A DNA stretch of 64,000 nt, from the NCBI GenBank assembly GCA_963816185.1, contig CAWFJJ010000030.1, forward strand, positions 32,001-96,000, written 5' to 3'. Positions within the stretch are counted from its first letter, which is position 1, and each line of letters opens with the position of its first letter. This DNA comes from Thermoanaerobaculia bacterium. GTDB taxonomy: Bacteria > Acidobacteriota > Thermoanaerobaculia > UBA5066. The translations under genes were made by a program, and so were the position numbers. The notes below the pieces were generated by a model. The model was not told the DNA's origin. It worked only from the letters and a program-made list of their open reading frames with translations, and made no database searches. Shown in pieces: positions 31,146 through 41,693 of the stretch.

Positions 31146-31655
31146 TCATCCCAAATAAAACCGCCACTTACAAAACATCCCCTCCGGATGCTTATCCGGC
31201 GGCGCAAAAACACACTCCGTCTGAATCCGCGCATCGATCTCCTGGGCGAAGCTCGAAAATTCCCGCCGGTGCATCTCCTTGCAGTGATATTCCTCCAGGC
31301 CCCGCTGCAGCCGGGCCTCCTGGGTGGGGCAGGCGGGCACGGTGATGATGACTTCCTCGGGCTTTTCCTCAATCTGATAGCCCACCAGAATATGCCAGGG
31401 CCAGTAGCGCAGGGCCCGGACGAAGCCCTTTAAGCCCCGCTCCTGTATCTCGAAGCGCTTTAAAATATCTCTGGCCCCCAGGCCCGCCACCCGGTCCCAG
31501 ACCTTTTCGTTCAGCCGGTCCGCCGTGGCCTCGTCAAACCTTTCGGTAATATAGAGATACCAGAACGAGTCCATCTGCCGGTAATGCCGCAGCAAAAACT
31601 GCAGATACTGCCGCAACTCCGCGGCCTCCATGCCCTCAAACATCGTCAGGTCCAT
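31146..31655 (-). CDS. DUF6125-like (V4R-type) protein
   Basis: DSFWY...CPTQEAR...CKEMH...C.FAPPD...CKWRF pattern. Confidence 0.7.
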   Translation of the reverse strand: MDLTMFEGMEAAELRQYLQFLLRHYRQMDSFWYLYITERFDEATADRLNEKVWDRVAGLGARDILKRFEIQERGLKGFVRALRYWPWHILVGYQIEEKPEEVIITVPACPTQEARLQRGLEEYHCKEMHRREFSSFAQEIDARIQTECVFAPPDKHPEGMFCKWRFYLG

Positions 31656-31815
31656 ATCTGCCCCATAAAATGCGCTAAATGCTTGATTTTTTACCCCCCT
31701 TTATCAAAGGGGGGTAGGGGGGATTTTGTTTTTGCTGACCGCTGCTAGCTGACAGCTGAAAGCTTTTGATATATGCTCGCATCTTATAATCGAACTCCAT
31801 TTCACGTCAAGCGCT

Positions 31816-33300
31816 ATGGATTTAATCCCCTTCACCCTGAGCTGGACCCCGGTGCTGCTGCTGGCGGTGCTGGCCGTGGCCTTTAAACGCTCGGCCCTGG
31901 AGCTCTCCCTTTATGGCCTGGGGTTCACCGCCGCCCTGGCCTATCTGGCCTTTCAGACGCCCCTCTCGGTGATTTTCCTGGCCGGGCTGGACGGGGTGGT
32001 GACCACCCTGCCGCTGCTCCTGGTGGTCCTGGCGGGCATCCTGCTCTGCAACCTGCTGGTGGCCGCCGGGGCCATCGACCGCCTGGTCGCCTGGTTCCTG
32101 CAGGGGCTGCGCCACCCCCGGCACCGGCATATATTCATCGCCCTGGGCCTCGGCAACTTCATGGAAGGGGCCAGCGTCATCGCCGAGCCCATCGTGGCGC
32201 CGATGCTGCGCTCCGCCGGGGTGAGCCCCGCCGGGGCCGCGGCCCTGTCCATCATCGGCTATGCCGGCCTGATGAGCCTGGAACTGGCCGGCATGATCAT
32301 CACGGTCCTGGCCCTGGTCACGGGTCTCCCCCTGATGGACCTGGCCGTCGCCACCGCCTGGCTGTCGGTGCCGGCGGTGCTGGCCATGGCCGCCTGTATC
32401 CCCTGGTTCCTGCCCCCGGCCGACGGCGGCTGGCGCCTGCTGCCCGAGGCCCTGGGGGCCGGCCTGCTGGTGAGCCTGGTGGTCCTGGCCGCGGTCCTGA
32501 CCGTGGGGGTGGCCTTATCCGGCATGCTGGGCGGGCTGGCGCTGATGGGCGTTTTGCTCCTCCTGGGCCCCCGGCGCCATAACTTCAGCCGCCAACTCGG
32601 CCGCGACCTCCTGCCCTTTGCCTGCATCTTTGTGCCCCTGCTCCTGGTGAACACGGTGCCCTGGCTCCACGACCTCACCAGCCGCCGCTGGGTGTTGGAC
32701 GTGCGCCTGGTGCCCATTCACCAGATCACCCTGACGCCTCTCTTTTCCGCCTATTTATACCTGTTTCTGGCCCTGGGGGTGGCGCTGGCGGTTTTTCGAG
32801 ACGTCCAGCGCCAGCCGGTGCTGGCCATCGGCCTGAGCCGGGGCTGGCGAGCCCTTGTCGCCATGGGCCTGTTCGGCGCCATGGGCCAGATCATCGCCTA
32901 CTCGGGCTATGCCGAGGGCTTTGTCAGCCTGACCGAGGCCCACAATATCCCCTGGGTGCTGGCCATGGGGCTGAAGGCCTATACCGGCAGCCTCTACCCC
33001 GTGTTCGTGCCCTTGCTGGGCTGGGTGGGCACCTTTCTGACCGGCTACGGCGTGGCCTCCCTGATGCTCTTCGGGAATTTGCAGGTGCACGCCGCCGCCT
33101 TGCTCAACGTCTCGGCGGTGTATCTGGCCGCGGGCCTCACCGTGGGCGCCGCCCTCGGGTCCATCTCCTCGCCTTTCAAGATCGCCATCGCCGCGCCCAT
33201 GTGCGGCGCCCTGGGACAGGAGGGCCGGATTTTGCGGCGCACCATCCCCCTGGGCCTTGCCGCTTCCTGCCTCATCGGCTTGATCCTCTGGGCCTTATAA
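31816..33300 (+). CDS. L-lactate permease family transporter
   Basis: Polytopic; FMEGAS..AEP, GTFLTG...S..LFG.LQ, ISSPFKIAIA...EG.ILR motifs. Confidence 0.75.
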   Translation: MDLIPFTLSWTPVLLLAVLAVAFKRSALELSLYGLGFTAALAYLAFQTPLSVIFLAGLDGVVTTLPLLLVVLAGILLCNLLVAAGAIDRLVAWFLQGLRHPRHRHIFIALGLGNFMEGASVIAEPIVAPMLRSAGVSPAGAAALSIIGYAGLMSLELAGMIITVLALVTGLPLMDLAVATAWLSVPAVLAMAACIPWFLPPADGGWRLLPEALGAGLLVSLVVLAAVLTVGVALSGMLGGLALMGVLLLLGPRRHNFSRQLGRDLLPFACIFVPLLLVNTVPWLHDLTSRRWVLDVRLVPIHQITLTPLFSAYLYLFLALGVALAVFRDVQRQPVLAIGLSRGWRALVAMGLFGAMGQIIAYSGYAEGFVSLTEAHNIPWVLAMGLKAYTGSLYPVFVPLLGWVGTFLTGYGVASLMLFGNLQVHAAALLNVSAVYLAAGLTVGAALGSISSPFKIAIAAPMCGALGQEGRILRRTIPLGLAASCLIGLILWAL

Positions 33301-33591
33301 CGCTGATCCCTGGAAAGCGGGTCATCCCGGCGAGATCGGGTCTGCGGCGCCGTCTTGGCTTTTATTTCCGGCCATAAACTTCGAAAGATCTCCTTAACTT
33401 TAAAGATTCCTCAGTTGCTGCCGATTGACTAGTCAGGCAAATAGGGGCGCGGCCAACGCCGCGCTTTATCCGCTGCTGGCTTCGGCAGTCCGGATATGCC
33501 TGGAGGTTGCGGCAAATAATTTCGGGGCCAGGGGACGGAACTGTTGCAGTTTGGGACGGCAATTGCCCAAATCCGGCCTGGAATGGAGATC

Positions 33592-35013
33592 ATGGTGCCT
33601 GCCAAAAAAAACTACGCCGTTATCCTCATGGCCGTCTTGGTCATGATCGGGGTCGGTGCGGCCTATGTTTTTTGGTCGACTGGCCAGAAAGAATTGCACT
33701 TGACTCCCCAAAAGAGGGCGGTCAGCAAAGCCGGGCCGACTTCGGCCGCCGAGGTGGGCACCGGCTGGAGCGTTAAAGACGCCCCCGGCGAGGCCGTGCG
33801 CCAGGCCCTGGCCATGGCTCTCCAAGGCAAGCCGCAAGCCGCCCCCGATTTTGTCGCACTCTTTGCCACCTCCGGGGCCGATCTCTCGGGCATCCTGGCC
33901 GAGGCTCGAAAAATCCTGGGGGATAAAACCAAAATCTTCGGCGGCACTTCCGACTCCCGGGCCCTCATGACCAATCGGGGCTTTATCCACGCGGGGGAAA
34001 AGCATTATACCGCAACTGGTAATAACCCGGGCCTGGCGATTATGACGGTCTCCTCGCCAGATATCGTCTTCGGCGTGGGTTCGGCTGATTTCTCCCGCTA
34101 CGCCACCCCCAAAGAGGGTGCCAGGGCCGCGCTGAGGCAGGCCCTGGAAAGTTGCGGCAAATCTCCTCAGGCAGCGCCTCAGGCGGTTTTAGCCGTCATC
34201 TCCAGGAACTTTGAAGAGGCAGCCCTCGCGGGCCTCTCGCAAGTGCTGGGCCCCAATGTTCCTCTCTTGGGCGGCACCACCGGAGGCCCCAAGTTTGAGG
34301 TCGTGGGAGACCAAGAAGCTTGGGCGCAGGGCATTTCCTTGGCGGTTATCTACACCAAACTGCCTTTATGCTGGGTATTTGAAGGGGGCTTCGAGGTGCC
34401 GGATACGCAAAGAGGGGTGGTTACCAAAATGGAGGGAGCCGCCGTCTTGCAAATCAACTGGCGCCCGGCCCTGGACGTTTATGATGAATGGTTGGGGGGC
34501 AAAATTTCGAAACTCCAACAAGAAGGTGCAACCCTTGTAGAAATCAGAAACTTAATGACTTTGAATCCCTTTTACCGGCGTTACACCTCTCTGGACGGCC
34601 ATAATTATTTCCTGTTTTCGGTTCCCTGGCCCAGAAATCAGACCCCGCAGGATAAAGCCTTTGTGACGTCCACCGAAATAAGCCTGGGGGACGAAATCCA
34701 CCTGAGCCACGGTACCTGGGAAAGACTCCTGAATCGCGTGGGTAACCTGCCTCTGAGCGCCCGAATCCAATGCGGCATCGCTCCCGAGTGGAAGCCCTTG
34801 CTCGGCATCGGGTTTGTCTGTGCCGGGGTCATGCGGGCCATCCCCGCCGCCGAGCGGGAGAAGATGCCTTTATTGATCAACTACGCCAATGGTCAGGCTC
34901 CATTCATCATCCCTTTCAGTTGGGGAGAACAGGGTTATTTCCCTGGAGTCGGCTACAAACACGGCAATCTGCTCACGTCTTTCCTGGCTATTGGCGAGAA
35001 GGAACCCAGGTAG
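33592..35013 (+). CDS. FIST-domain protein with N-terminal membrane anchor
   Basis: GGTS, LLGGT.G, INWRPALDVY..W, F.CAG, SWGEQG...HGNL motifs; one N-terminal TM. Confidence 0.8.
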   Translation: MVPAKKNYAVILMAVLVMIGVGAAYVFWSTGQKELHLTPQKRAVSKAGPTSAAEVGTGWSVKDAPGEAVRQALAMALQGKPQAAPDFVALFATSGADLSGILAEARKILGDKTKIFGGTSDSRALMTNRGFIHAGEKHYTATGNNPGLAIMTVSSPDIVFGVGSADFSRYATPKEGARAALRQALESCGKSPQAAPQAVLAVISRNFEEAALAGLSQVLGPNVPLLGGTTGGPKFEVVGDQEAWAQGISLAVIYTKLPLCWVFEGGFEVPDTQRGVVTKMEGAAVLQINWRPALDVYDEWLGGKISKLQQEGATLVEIRNLMTLNPFYRRYTSLDGHNYFLFSVPWPRNQTPQDKAFVTSTEISLGDEIHLSHGTWERLLNRVGNLPLSARIQCGIAPEWKPLLGIGFVCAGVMRAIPAAEREKMPLLINYANGQAPFIIPFSWGEQGYFPGVGYKHGNLLTSFLAIGEKEPR

Positions 35014-38000
35014 ATGAGGCTGTTCTGGAAAATATTCACCGCCGTTTTCCTTACCATGGTCGGGGCGGTGTTTATCATTGCCTATTTCACTACTCTCAAA
35101 CAGATCAAAGATGCTGAACAGCACCTCGTGGCAAACTATACCACCACCGGAGATTTCATTTCCCGGGAGATCGAGCATTACCAGGTCGAATCCAGATGGC
35201 CGTTTGATAGGCTGAACCGGCTTGCCAAACAGCAGGGCTTCTTGTTCTGGTGGGTGGTCCGGGAGGACGGCGTCATCCACCTGGCCGACCAGACCGCGAT
35301 GATGGGCACCAACGCCAATGACTATTTCCCTCAAGTCACCTCGGGCGCTTCTCGGGAAAAGGTGCTGCTGAACTGGCGGGAAAACTATGGACTATTTATC
35401 ACCCCGCTGGAAATCGGTAAAAAGCAGTGGACCTTCTGGCTCGGTTTTTCCCTGACCCAAATCTGGGAGATCAAGAAAAACATTATCCTTTTGAGTCTGC
35501 TGATCTCCTTGGCTGCCTCCCTCGGACTGGGAACCGTCCTTTACCTCGCCATCGGCCACCTGGTGAAGCCCATCGCGGACCTGACCCTGGCCGCGGCCTC
35601 CATCGGCAAGGGGGATCTGAGCCCTAGGGTGGCGATCAAGTCGAGAGACGAGATCGGGCAACTGGCCGACGCCTTCAATCAGATGGCGGCTGACCTCGAG
35701 ACGACCACGGTTTCCCGGGATTACATGGACAGCATCCTGGAAACCATGCCGGGTGTCCTGATGGTGGTGGACGCCGACGCCAGCATCATCACCACCAACA
35801 GTTCGGCTTGCCGCATCCTGGGTTACGCCAAAGGGGAACTCACCGGTAAGCCTATGACCAAGGTCCTGGGCCGGGACCAGTCCCTCGGGCCTAACCTGGA
35901 GAAGCTTTTCGAGGCAGGCGACTTAACCAATAGGGAGATCAACTACCAAACTAAAGACGGCTGTCAGGTGCCGGTGTTTTTGAGTAGTACGGTGCGGCGG
36001 GATGCAGCCGGACGAATCAGCTATATCGTCTGTGACGCCCTCGATATCACCGAACACAAGAAGTCCGAAGCCGCCCTGGTGGAAAGTGAGCGCCGCTTTC
36101 GGGACCTCGCCGAGAACTCGGCCGAATGGATCTGGGAAGTGGACCCGGACGGCAAATACACTTACGCCTCCCCGGTGGTGGCAGAACTGCTCGGATACCG
36201 GCCCGAAGAAGTGCTGGCCAAACATTTCTACGACCTGTTCCATCCCGAGGATCGGGAAGACCTCAAACAGGGCGCCTTCAGGTTCTTTGCCCAAAAATTG
36301 CCCTTTCGGGATTTTATCAACCGCAATATCAACAAGAACGGGGAAACCGTCTGGATCTCCACCAGCGGCGTGCCGATCCTCGATGAGCAGGGTAATCTGC
36401 AAGGCTATCGCGGCGCCGATATCGACATCACGGCCCGGCGTCAGGCCGAGGACGCCCTGCGGGCCAACGAGCGCTTCCTGACCACGGTTTTCGCCAGTAT
36501 TCAGGATGGCATCAGCATTCTCGACCTGGATTATAACATCGTCAGGGTCAACGCCGCCATGGAGCAGACTTTTCCTCAGGCCATGCCTCTGGTGGCTAAA
36601 AAGTGCTATACCGCCTATCATGGCCGCTCTAAACCTTGTGAAATCTGCCCTGTCCGCCGGACTCTGGAGACGGCGCAAGCTGCCCAGGATGTGGTTATCG
36701 AAAGGGGAGCCGGCGATGAAATTCTCAGATATGTAGATCTCTCTACCTTTCCGCTGATTGATCCGGCCTCGGGAAAGATGAACGGGGTGGTGGAATCAGT
36801 CCGGGACATCACCCCAGAGAAGCAGGCCGAGGAAGCCTTACGCCGTAGCGAAGCAAACCTGCGCCAGTCGCAAAAAATGGAGGCCGTCGGCCGCCTGGCC
36901 GGTGGCGTGGCCCACGACTTCAATAACATCCTGACCGCGCTTATCGGTTACAGTGAACTCTTGCAGGGGAAATTCGAGCCGGGCGATCCGCGCCTCAATG
37001 ATATTGAGGAAATCCACAAGGCCGCGGAAAGGGCCGCTTCCTTGACCCGTCAGCTCCTGGCCTTCAGCCGCAAGCAGATCTTTGCCCCCAAGGTGCTTAA
37101 CCTCAATAATCTGATCCTGGACCTGGATAAGATGCTGCGGCGCCTCCTCAGTGAAGATATTAAACTGGTCACCATTCCGGGGGAGAATCTGGGAGAGGTC
37201 ATGGCCGACCCCGGCCAGATGGAGCAAGTCCTCATCAACCTGGCGGTCAATGCCCGGGATGCCATGCCCCGGGGCGGGGTGATCACCATTGAGACCCAAA
37301 ACGTCTTTCTGGATGCGGCTTACGCCCAAAAGTACGCGGAGGTGCAACCGGGCGATTACGTGATGCTGGCGGTAAGTGATACCGGCAGTGGCCTGGATGA
37401 GGCCTCCCGGGCCCGCATCTTTGAGCCTTTCTATACCACCAAGGAGTTGGGGCAGGGCACCGGGCTGGGGCTCTCCACCGTCCACGGCATCATCAAGCAG
37501 AGCGGCGGGCACATCAATGTTTACAGCGAAGTGGGCCAGGGGGCCACCTTCAAGGTCTACCTGCCGCGCCTCCGCCAGCCGGTGCAGGCGGAGGCCGCTG
37601 CCCCCGTCAGTTGCAACTTCGACCGGGGCGCGGAAACCATCCTGCTGGTGGAGGACGAAGACATGGTGCGCCAGGTGGCCCGGCGCATCTTGGAAATGCA
37701 CGGCTATACCGTGCTGGAGGCTGCCTCTGGCCCTGAGGCCTTGCTGGTGAGCCAGCAGACCCAGGGTCCCATTCACTTAATGCTCACCGATGTAGTTATG
37801 CCCGGGATGAGCGGCGGCCAGACCGCTGAGCGGCTGCAGGCCGAACGGCCGGAACTGAAGGTTGTGTTCATGTCGGGGCACACCGAAAACTCCATCGTCC
37901 ACCACGGGGTGCTGGACCCGGGGGTTGCCTTTATCCAAAAGCCCTTCAGAAGCGACCTGCTGGTCCACAATGTGCGCCTGGTCCTGGACCAACCTCCCAG

Positions 38001-38049
38001 GGCCGACGGTCTGGTCAAACTCCAGAGAAAAAAAACCGCGGTGCTCTGA
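35014..38049 (+). CDS. Hybrid sensor histidine kinase (TM-HAMP-3xPAS-HisKA-HATPase-REC)
   Basis: AGGVAHDFNNIL, NLAVNARDAM, GTGLGL; receiver with LTDVVMP. Confidence 0.93.
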   Translation: MRLFWKIFTAVFLTMVGAVFIIAYFTTLKQIKDAEQHLVANYTTTGDFISREIEHYQVESRWPFDRLNRLAKQQGFLFWWVVREDGVIHLADQTAMMGTNANDYFPQVTSGASREKVLLNWRENYGLFITPLEIGKKQWTFWLGFSLTQIWEIKKNIILLSLLISLAASLGLGTVLYLAIGHLVKPIADLTLAAASIGKGDLSPRVAIKSRDEIGQLADAFNQMAADLETTTVSRDYMDSILETMPGVLMVVDADASIITTNSSACRILGYAKGELTGKPMTKVLGRDQSLGPNLEKLFEAGDLTNREINYQTKDGCQVPVFLSSTVRRDAAGRISYIVCDALDITEHKKSEAALVESERRFRDLAENSAEWIWEVDPDGKYTYASPVVAELLGYRPEEVLAKHFYDLFHPEDREDLKQGAFRFFAQKLPFRDFINRNINKNGETVWISTSGVPILDEQGNLQGYRGADIDITARRQAEDALRANERFLTTVFASIQDGISILDLDYNIVRVNAAMEQTFPQAMPLVAKKCYTAYHGRSKPCEICPVRRTLETAQAAQDVVIERGAGDEILRYVDLSTFPLIDPASGKMNGVVESVRDITPEKQAEEALRRSEANLRQSQKMEAVGRLAGGVAHDFNNILTALIGYSELLQGKFEPGDPRLNDIEEIHKAAERAASLTRQLLAFSRKQIFAPKVLNLNNLILDLDKMLRRLLSEDIKLVTIPGENLGEVMADPGQMEQVLINLAVNARDAMPRGGVITIETQNVFLDAAYAQKYAEVQPGDYVMLAVSDTGSGLDEASRARIFEPFYTTKELGQGTGLGLSTVHGIIKQSGGHINVYSEVGQGATFKVYLPRLRQPVQAEAAAPVSCNFDRGAETILLVEDEDMVRQVARRILEMHGYTVLEAASGPEALLVSQQTQGPIHLMLTDVVMPGMSGGQTAERLQAERPELKVVFMSGHTENSIVHHGVLDPGVAFIQKPFRSDLLVHNVRLVLDQPPRADGLVKLQRKKTAVL

Positions 38050-38367
38050 AATTTAGTGCCGGGAACGGGCCGAGAGCGACACTGAGGCCCGGAGGCGCCC
38101 CCACCAGCCTGCTCCCGTTTTAGCGGGCTTGTCTCTGCAATGAAATTTCTAATTGCGCGCCTTGACTTTGAGATGCTTGTACTTACATTGAATACAAGCC
38201 TTAGCGGGCATCGCCCTCTCAATCAGGCTCGACCTTCGGCACTTTTTCGGTCGCACCGTAAAACTCAATTTTCTTCGGTAATTAACCGCATCTTCCATGC
38301 CCCAAACGGGTTATAGGTCTGTCCTTCATGCGTTTTCGCCGGTCAATTTAGCCTACAAGGAGAATGT

Positions 38368-38808
38368 ATGAACGTGCAATATGCAGGGAAGCGCCATCAG
38401 GCCATGGATGAAGGTCAACCAGTCGAGGGCCGCGGCCTGAAGCAGCAACCGCTGGCTCAGGTGGGGAAATGGGAATGGCATTTATTGACTAAAAAATTTA
38501 TTTGGTGCGCAGAAATGTATCGGATTTTCAATCTCTCCCCGCAACCAGTACCCCTCCGGACCGGCCACTTTTTCAATGGTGTCCACCCCGAAGATCGGGA
38601 GAGGGTGGTGCGGGCCTTTGGACAGGCCCTGGTCGGCGGCCAGCCTTACCGGATTGAACATCGCATCGTCTGGCCCGATGGCTCGGTGCGCCTCGTGCAA
38701 GGGGAAGCCGAGGTTAAGTTTGATCAGCGCGGCTGCCCGGTCAGCATGTTCGGGACCATCCGGGATATCACCAGCTTTAGTCAGTCCGGAAAGGTCTCCC
38801 GGAAATAG
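38368..38808 (+). CDS. Stand-alone PAS (PAS_3) domain protein
   Basis: G.WEW...VHPEDRE...EHRI..PDGSVR...GTIRDIT; RBS AGGAG. Confidence 0.8.
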   Translation: MNVQYAGKRHQAMDEGQPVEGRGLKQQPLAQVGKWEWHLLTKKFIWCAEMYRIFNLSPQPVPLRTGHFFNGVHPEDRERVVRAFGQALVGGQPYRIEHRIVWPDGSVRLVQGEAEVKFDQRGCPVSMFGTIRDITSFSQSGKVSRK

Positions 38809-38848
38809 GCTAAACCATGGACCCTGAGCATTTTACTCCCGTGAATGA

Positions 38849-38923
38849 AAATCCCCCCTCCCCCCCTTTTCAAAGGGGGGTTTAAAAGTCCCCCTTTGAA
38901 AAAGGGGGATTTAGGGGGATTTT
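38849..38923. repeat. REP-like palindromic doublet (CCCCCTTT/AAAGGGGG family)
   Basis: Inverted pair; the right half is near-identical to 40978-41015. Confidence 0.75.
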
Positions 38924-39030
38924 AGTTTTCACGTTAAAAACTTATGAGAGTGATCGGTATACCCCTCGGATTCCGCAAAATCGCTTAGTTTTATCCGGCA
39001 GGTGGCGTCGCCACTAGAACAGGAATCAGG

Positions 39031-39285
39031 TTGATCAGCGAAATTCGTCTCCAGGTCAAGGGCATGATGCAACAAGGGGGCTTCACCTGAGCCGGTTGCC
39101 CCGACGCCGTGCGCGCCGAACTGCTCAATCTGACCGGCCTGCTGGCAGTGCAGTATCACGCCGACCAGGATTTTTTCTCGGTGCGCTTCGAATCCGTCTT
39201 GGTGAACTCGGCAGCCATTTTTGCCGCCGTGGCCGCGGCCGGTAAAAAAATGGGGCGGGATTACCTCCCGGAGGTCATTCCTTGA
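39031..39285 (+). CDS. Putative selenocysteine-containing HMA-fold (CopZ/MerP-like) protein with UxxC motif
   Basis: TTG start after AGGA; MISEIRLQVKGMMQQGGFT-TGA(39088-39090)-AGCPDAVRAELLNLTGLLAVQYHADQDFFSVRFESVLVNSAAIFAAVAAAGKKMGRDYLPEVIP; SECIS-like hairpin follows the TGA. Confidence 0.7.
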
Positions 39286-39389
39286 ACCGCTGTAGGGGCA
39301 CGGCGTGCCGTGCCCAAGCACCGGCTATTAGTCATGAAGGCCGGCAGGGGAGGGGGTCCTATACCGGTCCCCCTCCCTGCCGGAGTGTG

Positions 39390-40883
39390 CTACGGCCTCG
39401 CCCCGATGGTCTTCTTTAAATCGGGCTTGGAGACCTTGCCCATGGCATTCCTGGGCAATTCCTCGATGATCACCGCTTCCTTGGGAACCTTGTAGGTGGC
39501 CAGCCGCTCCTTGCCCCAGGCCCGCAGCGCCTCGGTGGTCAGGGTGGCGCCGCTCCTGAGCACCAGGGCGGCGACGATCCGCTCCCCCCAGACCTGATCC
39601 GGCACCCCCACCACCGCAACTTCCTTGATATCCGGGTGCGTCAGCAGGACCTCCTCGATCTCCAGGGCCGAGACCTTATAGCCGCCGGTCTTGATGATGT
39701 CCACGCTGCTGCGCCCGAGAATGCGAAAGATGCCGTTTTCCACCACGGCCACGTCGCCGGTCAAGAACCAGCCGTCCCGGAAGGCCTTTTTGGTCTCTTT
39801 CTGCCGGCCCCAGTACTCCAGAAAAACCGTCTTCCCCCGCACCACGATCTCTCCCGGGGCCCCGGGTCCCACCGGCTGACCCGCTTCATCCACCACCTTG
39901 GCCTCCACTCCCGGCAACGGCGTGCCGACGCAGCCGGGGTAGCGCTTCCCGAGCAGGGAATTGGACAGGCCCATGCCGATCTCGGTCATGCCGTAGCGCT
40001 CCAGGAGAACCTGCCCCGAGATCTCCTGCCACTTCTCCAGAATGGGGACCGGTAAAGCCGCGGAGCCCGAAACCATGAGCCGCATCCCGCCGCAGCCTGC
40101 CGACATCCGCTGCCGCTCGGCCGGGGCGGCCTTCTCCCAGGCGTCGATCAGCTTCACGTAGACGGTGGGCACAGCCATGAACAACGTCAGACCGCCCCGG
40201 GCGATCCGTTCCCAGACCTTTGGGGCCTCGAAGCGGGGAATAATCTCACACACCGCCCCGACCCAGAGGGCGCAGGCGATGACGTTGACGATCCCGTGTA
40301 TATGGTGCAACGGCAAAAATTCCAGGATGCGGTCAGCCTCGGTCCAGCCCCAGGCCTCCACCAGACTGGTGATCTGGGCGGCGATGTTCTCATGCGTCGA
40401 GACCACCCCTTTGGGCTTGCCCGTGGTGCCGCTGGTATAGAGAATCATGGCCCGCCGCGCCGGCGACACCGCCGGCAGTGGGCCGGGGGCGTGTTCCAGG
40501 GCTTCGGGGCTCGTCCCGAATCTGAGCCCGCGCTCGGCCGCGATGGGTCCGACCAGCTCGGCATAATCCGGATGGGCCACGACCACTGCGGGCTTGGTAT
40601 CATCAATGACGTATTCCAGCTCCGGCCGGGGATGGAACAGGGACAACGGCACGGCAATGCCGCCGGCCCGCCAGATGCCCCACTGCAAGGCGACATAATG
40701 GAACCCCTGCGGCGCCAGAAAGGCCACCGGCCGCTCCTGCAAGTCCTGGCTGCCGTTCAGGAGAAAGGCCGCCACCCGGCCGGAGGCCTCCAGGAGTTGC
40801 CGGTAGGTAAAACTGCCTTCCGTGGCCACGATCGCCGGGCGCTCGCCATATTGTTCGGCCCGTGGCACGAGTAGAATCGACAT
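39390..40883 (-). CDS. Acyl-CoA synthetase, malonyl-CoA synthetase (MatB/ACSF3)-like
   Basis: YTSGTTGKPKG, LPLHHIHG, LERYGMTEIGM, DIIKTGGYKVSALEIE. Confidence 0.85.
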   Translation of the reverse strand: MSILLVPRAEQYGERPAIVATEGSFTYRQLLEASGRVAAFLLNGSQDLQERPVAFLAPQGFHYVALQWGIWRAGGIAVPLSLFHPRPELEYVIDDTKPAVVVAHPDYAELVGPIAAERGLRFGTSPEALEHAPGPLPAVSPARRAMILYTSGTTGKPKGVVSTHENIAAQITSLVEAWGWTEADRILEFLPLHHIHGIVNVIACALWVGAVCEIIPRFEAPKVWERIARGGLTLFMAVPTVYVKLIDAWEKAAPAERQRMSAGCGGMRLMVSGSAALPVPILEKWQEISGQVLLERYGMTEIGMGLSNSLLGKRYPGCVGTPLPGVEAKVVDEAGQPVGPGAPGEIVVRGKTVFLEYWGRQKETKKAFRDGWFLTGDVAVVENGIFRILGRSSVDIIKTGGYKVSALEIEEVLLTHPDIKEVAVVGVPDQVWGERIVAALVLRSGATLTTEALRAWGKERLATYKVPKEAVIIEELPRNAMGKVSKPDLKKTIGARP

Positions 40884-41035
40884 AATGCCTCCACTATTGC
40901 AAGATTTCCCAGATAAATGGTTTGTCGCTAGCCGTTCAACAAAATCCCTCCTGCCTCCCCTGTTTCATAGGGAGATCAAGTCCCCCTTTGAAAAAGGGGG
41001 ATTTAGGGGGATTTTGTTTTCACGAGTAACACCAC

Positions 41036-41680
41036 TCAATAGCCCAAATCCTCGCCCACCAGTTTGACGTGGATGCGGTTTTCAAAACGGTGGCCCTCGA
41101 TAATCGACCACAGGTTGCAGAGCCGGCCGGGACTGCGGCAGTCGGCGCACTGGCCGGTTTCCGCACAGGGCGTCTCGCGGTTGAGACGGATGGCATTGAT
41201 GGGCGCCGCCAGTTGTTTTACCCGGGCCATGGCGCTCTCCAGATCCGGAGTCACCTTGTTCAGGCCGACCACCAGGATGACCTTTTCCGGTCCAAAACAC
41301 ATGGCGGCCACCCGGTTCCCCGTGGCATCCAGGTTCACCAGCCTGCCGTCCATGGTCAAGGCATTGGAGCTGGTTATCAGAAAATCGGCCGTTAGTCCCC
41401 GGCGCATCAAGGCGTAAGCCTCCTCCGGACCCACCCCGGGGGCAAAGGGATTAAGGATTTCCACCCCGGATTTCTGAGCCAGAGCCTCCCACAACCCCAT
41501 CTCCACCAGGGACATGGAGCCGCAGCGGCTCACCAACGCCCCCGAAGGAATCATGGCGATGACCTCTTCCCTGGCCTGGGCGGCCGTGGGGGCGAAGCTC
41601 GCCGCCATTCTGCGCTTGTTAAGTTTCTTGATCAGGTGTTCGGCCAGCTTTTCCCGGTATTTTATTTGTGGAGCGTCCAT
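41036..41680 (-). CDS. LUD-domain (lactate utilization) protein with Cys cluster
   Basis: SSNALTMDG.LVNLDATGNRVAA; PC..TG.C.DC.SP.RLCN. Confidence 0.85.
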   Translation of the reverse strand: MDAPQIKYREKLAEHLIKKLNKRRMAASFAPTAAQAREEVIAMIPSGALVSRCGSMSLVEMGLWEALAQKSGVEILNPFAPGVGPEEAYALMRRGLTADFLITSSNALTMDGRLVNLDATGNRVAAMCFGPEKVILVVGLNKVTPDLESAMARVKQLAAPINAIRLNRETPCAETGQCADCRSPGRLCNLWSIIEGHRFENRIHVKLVGEDLGY

Positions 41681-41693
41681 AACCCCTCTCCTG

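Noticed and set aside
38929-39321. 130-aa minus-strand ORF in the track
   Set aside because: It has no motif, begins in a REP hairpin, and is the antisense of the better-supported UxxC HMA frame.
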